A stretch of 62,645 bases of DNA, filler included, from Anaerolineae bacterium (GTDB lineage Bacteria > Chloroflexota > Anaerolineae > Epilineales > Epilineaceae): assembly GCA_029262755.1 (NCBI GenBank). It is 7 parts of 7 records of this genome, joined end to end, with 100 filler letters (N's around TTAATTAATTAA, not from the genome) between each part and the next. Parts side by side here need not be neighbours in the genome. Positions count along the whole stretch, not along the records: positions 1 to 6,318 come from JAJCYU010000342.1; positions 6,419 to 9,350 come from JAJCYU010000343.1; positions 9,451 to 18,562 come from JAJCYU010000344.1; 4 more parts are not named here. One strand, given 5' to 3'. Position numbers and translations under genes: made by a program. The notes beneath the pieces were generated by a model. The model saw only the letters and a list, made by a program, of their open reading frames with translations, did no database searches and was not told where the DNA came from. Positions 1 through 9,847 of the stretch are shown in pieces; position 1 is the stretch's first letter, and every line of letters starts with the position of its first letter.

Positions 1-559
1 CTTCGACCCGACCGAAGCCGTATTTCTGCCGGATCGCGAGGGCCAAACCGTGGACGGTCGGGCGGAGGTCGCCTTGGACATCGATCGCGTGGGACCACTC
101 GAAATCACGGCACGATTGGAAGCGGGCCTGCAGAGCGAAGCGCTCGTCGTGCGGATCGAAGAACGTACGGATGCTCCACCGGCCGACGCGGCAACAGACG
201 CGGTCGATGGGGCCGTGATAGCCAGCGCACCCGTGGATTGGACGATTCTGCTCCTCAGCCACACGATGGTGCTCATCGCCGGCTTGCTGGTCTTCAGCGC
301 CGATTGGACGGCGGTGAGGACCCCCTCACGCTTGCTGCGCCTGTCATTGCTCAGCATGGCATGGGGACTTGCCGGCTACCTGCTTGTTGTCGCCGGTGGA
401 CTGCGGCTCGAAACCTTGCCCGGTGGGTGGCGCCTGTGGCCCGTCGGCTGGCGGACAGCGTACCAGGCCCCCACCGCCAGCTTTCTGTTTGCCCTCGTTC
501 CGGTCGCGCCCACCCTGTTGCGATCCGTGCTTCAGGGCATTCGGCGCACGCGGTCCTAA
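1..559 (+). CDS. 3' end (5'-truncated) of a membrane protein: Ig-like segment, linker, ~3 TM helices; probable homologue of the GH3 protein at 48273-51230
   Basis: Frame open from position 2 (FDPTEAVFLPDREGQTVDGRAEV...). Tail architecture mirrors the GH3 C-terminus (TVDGRAEV vs TASGVARG; WGLAGYLL vs GALCGYIG) and it is likewise convergent with a kinase. Confidence 0.65.
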   Translation, partial: FDPTEAVFLPDREGQTVDGRAEVALDIDRVGPLEITARLEAGLQSEALVVRIEERTDAPPADAATDAVDGAVIASAPVDWTILLLSHTMVLIAGLLVFSADWTAVRTPSRLLRLSLLSMAWGLAGYLLVVAGGLRLETLPGGWRLWPVGWRTAYQAPTASFLFALVPVAPTLLRSVLQGIRRTRS

Positions 560-1686
560 GCGCGGTGCAACAGCGGACCTGCAATGGGTCCCGATGTGCC
601 GTCGAGAACGTGGATCCCGGTCTCCCGCCGGCTTGTGTCATGCGGCACGATCTCGGCACGCGGGGTGGCGACGCTCGGCTCGTTCGGGCTGGGTGCCTGG
701 GCGCGCCAGGTTGCGACGATGGTCAGCAACAACAGCAACACGACGAGCGCGATTAGCCCGGCGTTGTCCCATATGCCTTGTCGCCACGCCGCCGAAACCG
801 TTCCGAGCTCGACATCCGGCGCCAGCTTCGCGTCGCCGCGCAGCAGCGCACGGAGCGCCGCCACGTCGGGCGGGCGCTTCTCGGGGTGGAGCGCCATGGC
901 CGAGAGGATGGCGCCCTCGAGCCGAGGCGAGAGATCCGGGTTGAGGCGCCGCGGTCTCCGGAGCGCGTTGGGCATCAAGAAGCGATCCTGCGCTGTGGCT
1001 GGCGGACGACCCGTCAAGAGGTGATAGAGCGTGGCGCCGATGGCATACAGGTCGGCGCGCGTCTCCGTGTGACCGGTGTCGCCCGCATACTGCTCGAGGG
1101 GCGTGTACGGAAGTGAGCCGACCCCACGTGCTACGGTCAACGTCCGTGGGTCCGTCGGGTCGAATGGCTTGACCAGACCGAAGTCGACGAGCTTGATCCG
1201 ATCGCCATCCGCGTCGACGAGCTTGATGTTTGCCGGTTTGATATCGCGATGGAGCACCGGCGGGTCTTGCGCGTGCAAGTACGCGACCGCGTCCAGGAGT
1301 TGGTCGATCCACAGCAGCACCCGTGACTCGGGCAACTGCTCTCCGGCTGCGCGCGCCTCGTCGAGCATCTGACGAAGATCGGGTCCGGCGACGAAGTCCA
1401 TGACGAGGTACTCGACGTCCTCCGTGGCAAAGGAGTCGGATACTTTGGGCAGGCTGGGATGGTCGAGTCGGGCGAGAGTGCTCGCTTCCCGCTGAAACTG
1501 GGCCGCCATCTCTTCCTGAATCTCCGCACTTGCCGAGGGGTCGGGCAGCACCTGCTTCACTGCGGTGATGCGGCCGTCCAAGCGCAGATCTTGGGCGCGG
1601 TATACGGCGCCACCACCGCCTCGACCGACGAGATCGAGGATGTGGTAGCGTTCGCGCAACACGGTGCCGGCGGGGAGGTCGCTCAC
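556..1686 (-). CDS. Hanks-type Ser/Thr protein kinase with single C-terminal TM helix
   Basis: GRGGGGAVY, AVK, HRDIKPAN, DFG, PLEQY, DLYAIG motifs; TM LIALVVLLLLLTIVATW; GTG start. Confidence 0.95.
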   Translation of the reverse strand: MSDLPAGTVLRERYHILDLVGRGGGGAVYRAQDLRLDGRITAVKQVLPDPSASAEIQEEMAAQFQREASTLARLDHPSLPKVSDSFATEDVEYLVMDFVAGPDLRQMLDEARAAGEQLPESRVLLWIDQLLDAVAYLHAQDPPVLHRDIKPANIKLVDADGDRIKLVDFGLVKPFDPTDPRTLTVARGVGSLPYTPLEQYAGDTGHTETRADLYAIGATLYHLLTGRPPATAQDRFLMPNALRRPRRLNPDLSPRLEGAILSAMALHPEKRPPDVAALRALLRGDAKLAPDVELGTVSAAWRQGIWDNAGLIALVVLLLLLTIVATWRAQAPSPNEPSVATPRAEIVPHDTSRRETGIHVLDGTSGPIAGPLLHRA

Positions 1687-1694
1687 AACCGCGA

Positions 1695-1777
1695 ACGGTA
1701 GGAGGCGGTGCGAGCACCGTCAACTCGGCCGCTTCGGGCGCTCGATGCTTGACCCGACCGCCTCCGGTTCCCACAAT
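1695..1777. promoter_or_regulatory. Divergent sigma70-like promoters for the kinase (minus) and the FHA regulator (plus)
   Basis: Minus: TTGACG(1723-1718)-17-TACCGT(1700-1695). Plus: TTGACC(1749-1754)-17-CACAAT(1772-1777). Confidence 0.55.
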
Positions 1778-1820
1778 TCCAACTCCCTCGATGTTATTGC
1801 GACGCCCTGGAGGCTGCGCC

Positions 1821-2453
1821 ATGAGTGCCGACGGCGCGTTGATCGTCATGCACGGCGAAGAAGAAACGCAGGAATGGTCGCTGCCCGTAGGTGGCGAGCT
1901 CGTTGCGGGCCGTGACGCATCCTGCGCTATGCACCTGCCCGACCGGCAGATCTCACGACGCCACGCCATATTTCGTCGCAGTGCAGAAGGCGTGTCTGTA
2001 GAGGATCTACAGAGCAAGAACGGGACGTGGGTCAATGGTGTGCAGGTCCAGACCGCTACCGTGCTCTCCGATGGCGACGAGGTGTCGATCGCGGCCCGCT
2101 ACAAGGTCTACTTCGTGGACGCAGAGGCCACGGCGCCGATCGTATTCGACCGGCGCGGCCTGCGGATCGACCACGAGACGTTGATGGTCTACGTCAATGG
2201 GGAGATCGTGGACCCGCCGCTATCCGGTCCTCAATACGAGCTGCTCAAGCAACTCTTCGACGCGGGTGGATCGCTGGTGCCGCGGGATACGATCGTGGGC
2301 CACGTGTGGCCGGACGCCGATCCGGGTGGGGTCAGCGAGGACGCATTGGATGCGCTCGTACGGCGGTTGCGGATGCGCCTCGGCGAGCACGACGATGAGC
2401 ATCAATACATCGTCACCGTACGTGGCTACGGCTTCCGGATGGAAATGCCGTGA
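1821..2453 (+). CDS. FHA domain + OmpR/PhoB-type winged-helix DNA-binding regulator
   Basis: FHA motifs AGRD, ISRRHA, SKNGTWVNG; wHTH DALVRRLR...IVTVRGYGFR; GGAGG RBS before ATG 1821. Confidence 0.92.
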   Translation: MSADGALIVMHGEEETQEWSLPVGGELVAGRDASCAMHLPDRQISRRHAIFRRSAEGVSVEDLQSKNGTWVNGVQVQTATVLSDGDEVSIAARYKVYFVDAEATAPIVFDRRGLRIDHETLMVYVNGEIVDPPLSGPQYELLKQLFDAGGSLVPRDTIVGHVWPDADPGGVSEDALDALVRRLRMRLGEHDDEHQYIVTVRGYGFRMEMP

Positions 2454-2526
2454 GCATGGCGCCGCCGGGTGGCGTTCGGGCTGTGGCGCGTGGAGCCCAC
2501 GGAGCGACGGGGCGGCGCGCACAGCG

Positions 2527-3756
2527 TTGAAGATCATGCTCGTAGGACCCGTGCACCCCTGGCGAGGCGGAATTGCGCAACACGGGAGCCTCCTGGCCGC
2601 GGCCTTGGCCGAGAAAGGGCACGATGTCGAGGTCCTCGGTTATCGCAGCTTGTATCCGCGCTGGCTCTATCCGGGAGCCGATCCCAGAGAGCCTTCGGGC
2701 GGGGTCACGTTGCCGCGCGACATCCCCGTCCATTCGCTGCTACGACCACTCGGACCCATCACGTGGGTAGCCGGCCTACGCGCCATCCGGCGCGCGGCGC
2801 CCGATGTGGTCCTGATTCAGTGGTGGGTACCGTTCTTCGCGCCGCTGCTGGCGTTCCTGGGACGGGGTATGCGCGGCCGTTCGCGCCGCGTGTTCATCTG
2901 CCACAACGTTTTGCCACACGAGGGCGGCGGAATTCTCGATCGCCTGCTCACCCGATTCGCACTGCGGTCCGCGGACGCCTGGCTGGTCCACGCGTCGTCG
3001 GATAGGAAGCGATTGCAGATGCTGCTCGGTGGGGCACCGGCAAGCGCGCTTCGGTGCGTCGCCCTGCCCGCCTTCGCGCTCCGGGCAGGGGCGACCGAAT
3101 CGGAAGAAATGGGTGGCGATGTCGAGGCCATGGGGGATTCGAGGGCGCAGGCTCGCGCGAGGCTCGATCTGGATTCCGATGCGCTCGTCGCGCTGTTCTT
3201 CGGCTTCGTTCGCCCGTACAAGGGATTGAAGACCTTGATCGACGCCCTGCCGGCATCGCGCAGCGGTGCGCCGAGACTGCAACTTGTCGTCGCAGGGGAG
3301 TTCTGGGAAGACATCGCGACGTACCAGAAACACGCCTTGGGCCTTGGAGTGGCTGACGCTGTCCGCCTGGACGCCGGTTACGTTCCGTCCGAGCGGGCTG
3401 TCGATTATTTCGCCGCGGCGGACATGGTCGTATTGCCGTACCACGACGCGACCCAAAGCGGCGTGGCACCGATAGCCATGGCCGCCTTCATCCCCGTGAT
3501 CGCGAGCGCGGTCGGTGGCCTGCCGGACCTCATCCGCCATAGACATAACGGATTGCTCGTGCCGGCGCGCGACGCGGTCGCGCTGGCGCGGGCTATCGTC
3601 GAGCTCGGTACGAGCCCCGCGCTGCGCGACCATATCCGCGCCAACCTCGTCGCCGAATCCGCGGATCGCGGATGGGGTGGGGTTGTCGCCGCGCTTGAAG
3701 CGTTGGCGGGGGACCGCGCGGGCGCTGAAGCGCGGTCCGCGGTGGAGCGTTCATGA
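2527..3756 (+). CDS. Glycosyltransferase family 4 (GT-B)
   Basis: LVGPVHPWRGGIAQH, FFGFVRPYKG, VLPYHDATQSGV, SAVGGLPD; start uncertain (TTG 2527 or ATG 2536). Confidence 0.92.
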   Translation: MKIMLVGPVHPWRGGIAQHGSLLAAALAEKGHDVEVLGYRSLYPRWLYPGADPREPSGGVTLPRDIPVHSLLRPLGPITWVAGLRAIRRAAPDVVLIQWWVPFFAPLLAFLGRGMRGRSRRVFICHNVLPHEGGGILDRLLTRFALRSADAWLVHASSDRKRLQMLLGGAPASALRCVALPAFALRAGATESEEMGGDVEAMGDSRAQARARLDLDSDALVALFFGFVRPYKGLKTLIDALPASRSGAPRLQLVVAGEFWEDIATYQKHALGLGVADAVRLDAGYVPSERAVDYFAAADMVVLPYHDATQSGVAPIAMAAFIPVIASAVGGLPDLIRHRHNGLLVPARDAVALARAIVELGTSPALRDHIRANLVAESADRGWGGVVAALEALAGDRAGAEARSAVERS

Positions 3757-3796
3757 GCATCACGGGTAGGGGAAACGCGGCGATCGGGTATCGACC

Positions 3797-4690
3797 ATGA
3801 CTCGCGTTGCCGTGGTGATTCCCAACCTGGACAGTCCGACCGTGGATCGAGCCGTCGACTCTGTGCTCAGGATTGCACGTGAGGCGCAGGATTTGAGCGC
3901 TGTCCTGCATGAGATCGTGGTCGTCGGACGTGACCGACCGGGGCGCCTGGCCGGGCGGAGCGATGTGCGGCTGGAGGAGACGGGCCCCTTGATGCCGGGC
4001 GCCGCCCGCAACATCGGGGTGGAGCGTAGCGCGGGAGATGTCGTGCTCTTCCTCGACGCCGATTGCGAGGTGGCACCGGGGTGGCTCCGCGCTCACGTGC
4101 GGCGGCAATGCGCGGGCCACGCGGTGGTGGGCGGAGCGGTGGCGTGGGACACGGACAATTACTGGACGCTCGCGGACAACATCGCGATGTTTCACGCCTT
4201 CGCCGCACACGTGCCTGCGGGTGAACGCCCCTATCTGCCAACCCTCAACCTCAGCGTATCGAGAGCGGCCATCGATTCCGTAGGGGGCATGAATCCTGGC
4301 CTGCGGTGCGGGGAAGACCTGGACTGGACCATACGGCTGGCAGAGGCGGGATACCCACCCTTCTTCGAGCCTCGTGCCGTGGTGTGGCACCGTCCGCCGC
4401 GCTCGACGCCGCAGGGGTTGCTCGCCCACCACTACCGCACCGGGCGTTGGATGCCGGCCGTGCGGCGCCGCTACCCTGACGTCTTCGGCAGGCCGATTTG
4501 GCTACGTGATCGGCGCGCGCTTGCCGTGTTCGGACCCGCCATGGCCGCCGGCGCCACCCTGCGGATCATGCGTCCCGGTGGCGCGGGGTGGCGTCATCCA
4601 TCGACACTGCCTGCGATCTTGCTTGCCAAAGCCGCCTGGGTCGCAGGCGCGCTACAGCCAGAGAGCGCCGCGGAGGATGCGCTAGAATAG
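3797..4690 (+). CDS. Glycosyltransferase family 2
   Basis: VAVVIP, GAARNIG, FLDADC, GEDLDW. Confidence 0.92.
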   Translation: MTRVAVVIPNLDSPTVDRAVDSVLRIAREAQDLSAVLHEIVVVGRDRPGRLAGRSDVRLEETGPLMPGAARNIGVERSAGDVVLFLDADCEVAPGWLRAHVRRQCAGHAVVGGAVAWDTDNYWTLADNIAMFHAFAAHVPAGERPYLPTLNLSVSRAAIDSVGGMNPGLRCGEDLDWTIRLAEAGYPPFFEPRAVVWHRPPRSTPQGLLAHHYRTGRWMPAVRRRYPDVFGRPIWLRDRRALAVFGPAMAAGATLRIMRPGGAGWRHPSTLPAILLAKAAWVAGALQPESAAEDALE

Positions 4691-4886
4691 CGGCGCTCCT
4701 CTAACACTGCTGTTGTACATCGCCCGTTGCGATCTCGATATGCTGCGGGCCGTGCAAGCGAACCACCCGTGACCGCGTCCTACCTGTGCCGGCCCCAACG
4801 TGCACAGCCCGCGGAACACTCGATGCTCGATGGAACCCGCGGCTGATACTTATCGAGGGCTACTGCTGCCCCGAACGAGGCGATCC

Positions 4887-5972
4887 ATGCTTCAAGACAT
4901 TCAATTCGCAGCCTACCAGGGCAGCAATCACCTGGTGCAGAAGGCCAGCTACGCGCTGGACCGCAACTTGGCGCGCCCCAACAAGATCTCCGTGCTCATC
5001 ACCGACGCCTGCGCCGCGCGGTGCACCATGTGCGATATCTGGAAGTTGCAGGCGCACAACGAGTTGACGATCGACGAATGGCGCGTGACCCTGGACCGCT
5101 TGCGCGAGTGGCTCGGACCGTTCTGGCTCGTCATCAGCGGCGGCGAGCCGTTCCAGGTGCGCTACATGTTTGATTTTCTCGCGCACTGCCGCGACATCGG
5201 AATCAAGACGAAGATGTCGAGCAACGGCATGTTTCTCACCGAGCGCAACTGCGATCGCGTGCTGGAGGTGGGCCCGGACTTCCTGAGCCTCTCGATCGAC
5301 ACCTGGCGCAAAGACGTGCATGACCATCACCGCGGCGTGCCTCTTTTCGACAAGTGCGTGGACGCGATCCACAACCTGCGCGCTCGGGACGAGAGCATCG
5401 TCCTCGGCGTCGCTTCGATCATTATGGACGAGACCTACCCGGACATGCCGGAAACGGCACGCTGGGCGCTGGACGATCTCGGTGTGGATCGCGTGTTGTT
5501 CCAGCCGCTCTATCCCACCTTCGCGACGGATGAGGGTATCGACCCGCAGTGGTTCGAGCGCAACCCGCACTGGCCGCACGATGCCGATGCGTGTTCCGAC
5601 GCGCTCGAAACCTTGCGTGGGATGAAGGCGGAAGGGCGCGCGATCTGGAATCCGGACGAACATTTGGTCGCGATGCAGTATTACTTCCGGGATCCTGCCA
5701 GCCATCCGCGGCCGGATGAATGCATGGTGCGCTACAACACGATGAACATCGGCCCGCGCGGCGACGTGAACTTCTGCTACACCGTCGATACGTCGGTGGG
5801 CAACGTGCGCACGGTTCATCCGCGCGACATGTGGCGCTCTCATCTTGCGAAGCAAGTGCGCGACGAAATGAAGGATTGCAAGGCTCCCTGTCTGCTCAAC
5901 TGCTACCGCGGCCACTCCTTGCGCGATCAGGTCGCCATGTTCCGGTTCTTCCTCGAACGCCAAGGCGCCTAG
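4887..5972 (+). CDS. Radical SAM protein with C-terminal SPASM/twitch domain
   Basis: CAARCTMC (CxxxCxxC), SGGEPF, C-terminal C...GDVNFC...CKAPCLLNC; start could be 4830. Confidence 0.92.
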   Translation: MLQDIQFAAYQGSNHLVQKASYALDRNLARPNKISVLITDACAARCTMCDIWKLQAHNELTIDEWRVTLDRLREWLGPFWLVISGGEPFQVRYMFDFLAHCRDIGIKTKMSSNGMFLTERNCDRVLEVGPDFLSLSIDTWRKDVHDHHRGVPLFDKCVDAIHNLRARDESIVLGVASIIMDETYPDMPETARWALDDLGVDRVLFQPLYPTFATDEGIDPQWFERNPHWPHDADACSDALETLRGMKAEGRAIWNPDEHLVAMQYYFRDPASHPRPDECMVRYNTMNIGPRGDVNFCYTVDTSVGNVRTVHPRDMWRSHLAKQVRDEMKDCKAPCLLNCYRGHSLRDQVAMFRFFLERQGA

Positions 5973-5983
5973 GACACCGTCTC

Positions 5984-6318
5984 GTGATTGATCCTCAAGC
6001 GGAGCCGCAAGGGGCGAGGGCGGAGGCAGCGACGGCGGAGGTATGGTCCCTCGTCCTCAATTGGAATCGTCGCGACCTGTGCTTGGAGTGTTTGGCCAGC
6101 TTGCGACGGACCGAGGTGCCTGCCGACGTTCGGCATCGCGTCTTGCTGATCGACAACGGGTCGACCGACGACTCGGTCGCAGCGGTGCGTGAGGCCATGC
6201 CGGACGTCCTGATTGAAGCCTTGCCGGAGAACCTCGGTTTCGCGGCCGGCATGAATGCAGGGATTCGCCGTGCGCTCGCGGCCGGCGCCGATTGGACGTT
6301 GCTGGTCATCAACGACGC
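5984..6318 (+). CDS. Glycosyltransferase family 2, 3'-truncated
   Basis: VLNWN, CLASL, IDNGSTDDS, NLGFAAGMNAG. Confidence 0.9.
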
Positions 6319-6418
6319 NNNNNNNNNNNNNNNNNNNNNNNNNNNNNNNNNNNNNNNNNNNNTTAATTAATTAANNNNNNNNNNNNNNNNNNNNNNNNNN
6401 NNNNNNNNNNNNNNNNNN
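6319..6418. other. Artificial contig spacer
   Basis: N44-TTAATTAATTAA-N44; stops in all six frames. Confidence 0.99.
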
Positions 6419-7329
6419 GGATAGCGCTGAACACCGTGAAACAGCGGATCCTGTCGCTCGACCGTGGTGTAGACGCCGTGGCCGGAATGGACCGTCACGC
6501 CTTCGAATCCGTAGAGGAAGAGCGCGCGCGTGCTGCGCAACGAGTTCGCTTCGTACCACAGCACGACACCCTGGCCCTCACGGTCGCCTGCCACATCACA
6601 GAGCACGTAGCGATCGCCGCGATTGTCGATGGCCACGTCGACCGGAGGATGTTGAACGGGCAGGCGTGCGGTCTCTAGGCCCGCGGCGTTGAAGCTAACA
6701 ATCTCTCGCGCCGCCCGGTCGGCGACGTGCACCGTGCCGTCCGACGCCACAGCCATACCGCGGGGCTCTTGCAGCCCTTCCAAGCGGCCCACGACGGCAC
6801 CGTCCTCTACGACCAGAACCTCGCCGGTCCCCGGAACGCTTACGTAGAGTCGTCCGCCGATCGCCGCCAAACCCCAGGGTTGTGCGGGACTCAAGTCCCA
6901 AGACGGTTGCGTGCCACCGTCGACGCCGTAGCGAACGATGCGCCCTGTGGGCGGATCGCTTACGAACACCGTATCGCCGGATGCGGCGACATCCTGCGGC
7001 GCGACGAGTTGGCCGTCTTCCGTTCCGGGGCCGCCCGTGGCCAAGAGAAACGTGCGATCCGGACCGAAGGCCTGGAGTCGCGTGTTGCCCGCGTCGACCA
7101 CCCAAAGGCGGTCGTCGACGAGGTCGATTCCACGCGGACTCAACAGCGACGCTGGGGCCGCAATACCGACGCTGTTCCAGCTATCGGCCAGGCGCCAAGA
7201 TTCCGAAAGGCTCGGCTGCGAGTGTACATCGTCGCTCACCGTAGCAAGCGAAGCCCATCCTAGCCACAGGACGCTCACGCAGATGACGGAGACCGCGAAT
7301 CGTCGAAACCAAGGCGTTCTGAGCGACAT
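6419..7329 (-). CDS. Secreted NHL-repeat beta-propeller protein, 3'-truncated
   Basis: N-terminal signal; repeats PRGIDL..LWVVDAGNTRLQAF, PQDVAA..VFVSD, PRGMAVASDGTVHVAD. Confidence 0.85.
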
Positions 7330-7449
7330 GAGCAGTACTCCGGATCGGAAGCGTGCGACGCAGCGCGAAATGCGCGCGTCGTGAGGCTGCAATTCTAGGC
7401 GATGGTCTCTCACCCGCCGATCGTCACGCGCGGACGTAACACCACGTGC

Positions 7450-9350
7450 CTACCGGCGGATGCACGGAAGCTCACGCGCGATCTCGCGATACACGCGCGC
7501 CAGGTCCTCTGCATCCGGCGCGGCGACGTAGCGCGCCTCATCCGTCGCCACAGCGCGCAACAGTTCTTCGTCGATCCCGCTACCCAATCCGATCGAGTAC
7601 AGCCACGTGCCCTCCGGGCCTCCCGCCAACTTCAGGGCCTCCGCGGCAAGGAGAACCCCTTCGGGGGTGGTGCCTGTGGGCCGGCCATCGGTCAGCAGGA
7701 CGACCGCGGCGACGCGGTCCGGTGCGGGACGGCGTCCCTCAATCACTTCGCGCGCCTCCGACAGTCCCAGATCGATGCGGGTTCCTGGCGCCTGTTCCGT
7801 GGCGGCAAGCGCGCGGCGCAATGCGCGCGGATCGGATGTCAGCGGGCTGGCGATGATCGCCTGAGCATTGAAGGTCACGATCGAGGCACGGTCCTGCTCG
7901 CGTTCGTCCGGTTGCGTGTTCTCGGCTAGGTCCAGTTGATCAAGAAAGCTACCGGCTGCATCCAGCGCGGCATCCATCTTGGTGCGCCCGGCACGTGTAC
8001 GCTCCGACATGCTCGTCGACGCATCGATAACAAGCACGACGTCCGAGCGCGCCCGGCGCTTCGGACATTTCTCATTGCGTGTCGCGGGTAGAAAGATCGG
8101 GCCGGGCGTCGGCGACGGCGGGAACGTGGCCGTTGGCGACGGTGTGATCGTCGGCGTCGGCGTCACGCTCGGTGTGATGCCCGGGATCGGTGTCGGGGTT
8201 GCCGTCGGCGCGATCACGTCTACGGTCGGCACGGGGAAGTCGACGCGCAGCGGGCTACCAAGACCGTCGACACCCTCACCGACCGCGAAGACGTTCGTTG
8301 GGCGGATGCCGGTTTGCGTGGGCTCGAGCTGATAACGCAACGTCATCCCGCTAAGCGGCACGTCGCTTAGGCGCCAGAGGAGCCGAACACCATCGAAGGT
8401 CGCAGGCGGCGACGCAGAGCCTGCAATGTAGGTCATGTCGGCCGGTATCTCATCGACGATATCCAACGACGTGAATAGGACGTTGGCAACGATCCGTTCT
8501 GCGATCCGCTGGTAAATGCTGGCAAGCTGCTGGGCGTCGGGCGCGAACGCATAGTCGCCCTGCGAGGAAGCGATCTGCTGGAGGAGATCTTCGACGGCGC
8601 CGGCTCCGAAGCCGATGCTGAAGATGCGCGCGCCCTCCAGTTTCGCGAGCTGAGCCGCCTGCAATGCGGGTGCGGCCGCGGAACCACCGTCGGAGAGCAG
8701 GATGATGACCGATGCTGCGCTCGGCCGTCGTCGCGGACCGGTGAGCTCTTGGCGGCCACCATCCAGCGCCGCAGCGATGTTTGTGCCTCCGCCGGCCTGT
8801 AGTGCCTCGATCGCCACCTCGACGTTGATGGGATTGGCGGTCAGTGGCTGCGCGAGCATGGCCGCTTGGTTGAATGCCACCACCGCAACGTGCATGTCGA
8901 CGAAGTCGAGTGCGTCCACGAACGCCGTCGCGGCGGCCTTTGCCGCGTCGAGCTTCATGCCGCCCATCGAGCCAGACACGTCGATCACCAGGGCGATATC
9001 GGCTTGATTGCGCACCCTCGGGCAGACGCCCGTCACGTGCAGGCTGACGTCGACGCGTTGGCCGAGCACGATGCGCTGCGGTGCCGCCCGTTTGTCGCCT
9101 TGCGCCGTGCACGTCGGATCGAAGTTCGGAATCTCGCCGGGTTGACCGTCCGGATCGCGGTCGAACACGACGACACGGTCTAGACCGGCATCGACAACCA
9201 GCACGCGCCCGGCATCATCGACGGTCACATCAACAACGGCCGACTGGTCGTCTTCCGCTTCCCCAGCCTGCCAGACCGCAAGCAGGCGCCCGTCGAGGGC
9301 GTACTTCCAGATCCATCCGAAACGATTGAGCACATACGCCGTGCCGTCCG
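7450..9350 (-). CDS. NHL + VWA + Ig-like + Pro/Thr linker + second VWA protein, 5'-truncated
   Basis: Two MIDAS motifs (DVSGSM, DASTSM), LLSDG/LLTDG; NHL repeat VDAGLDRVVVF; frame open to contig end. Confidence 0.9.
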
Positions 9351-9450
9351 NNNNNNNNNNNNNNNNNNNNNNNNNNNNNNNNNNNNNNNNNNNNTTAATT
9401 AATTAANNNNNNNNNNNNNNNNNNNNNNNNNNNNNNNNNNNNNNNNNNNN
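9351..9450. other. Artificial contig spacer
   Basis: N/TTAATTAATTAA/N linker. Confidence 0.99.
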
Positions 9451-9634
9451 CGCCGGGATCGAGCCAGCGTACGTATCTGCTTCACCGCACGTCCGCCTGT
9501 ATGCATCTTGGCGCTGCCCGTGCCACTTCGCCGCCCGGAGGCCGTATCAAGTACCATGGGCGGCTCGTGGAACCGCTGCCCCCTGTACGACGTAGCCTGC
9601 GGCGCCCCACCACGAACCGACGAGGAGTGAACTG

Positions 9635-9847
9635 ATGACCGAAACCACTACGGCGGATGCGGCCCAGACCTGGAGCCCGCGCGCCCGCTTGCTGACCGTG
9701 TTGTTCGTCCTTGCCATTTGGGCCGTTGGGCTCATGACGCTGGCCGGCAACGAATCGATCGGCTGGCTGCCCACGCTGATCGCCGCCTGGATGACCGCCG
9801 GCTTGATCTACACGGGTTGGGTCAACCCGGGGACGATGCGACGATGA
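9635..9847 (+). CDS. Small membrane protein (70 aa, 2 TM)
   Basis: GAGGAG RBS; two hydrophobic segments; ATGA overlap with next gene. Confidence 0.7.
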   Translation: MTETTTADAAQTWSPRARLLTVLFVLAIWAVGLMTLAGNESIGWLPTLIAAWMTAGLIYTGWVNPGTMRR

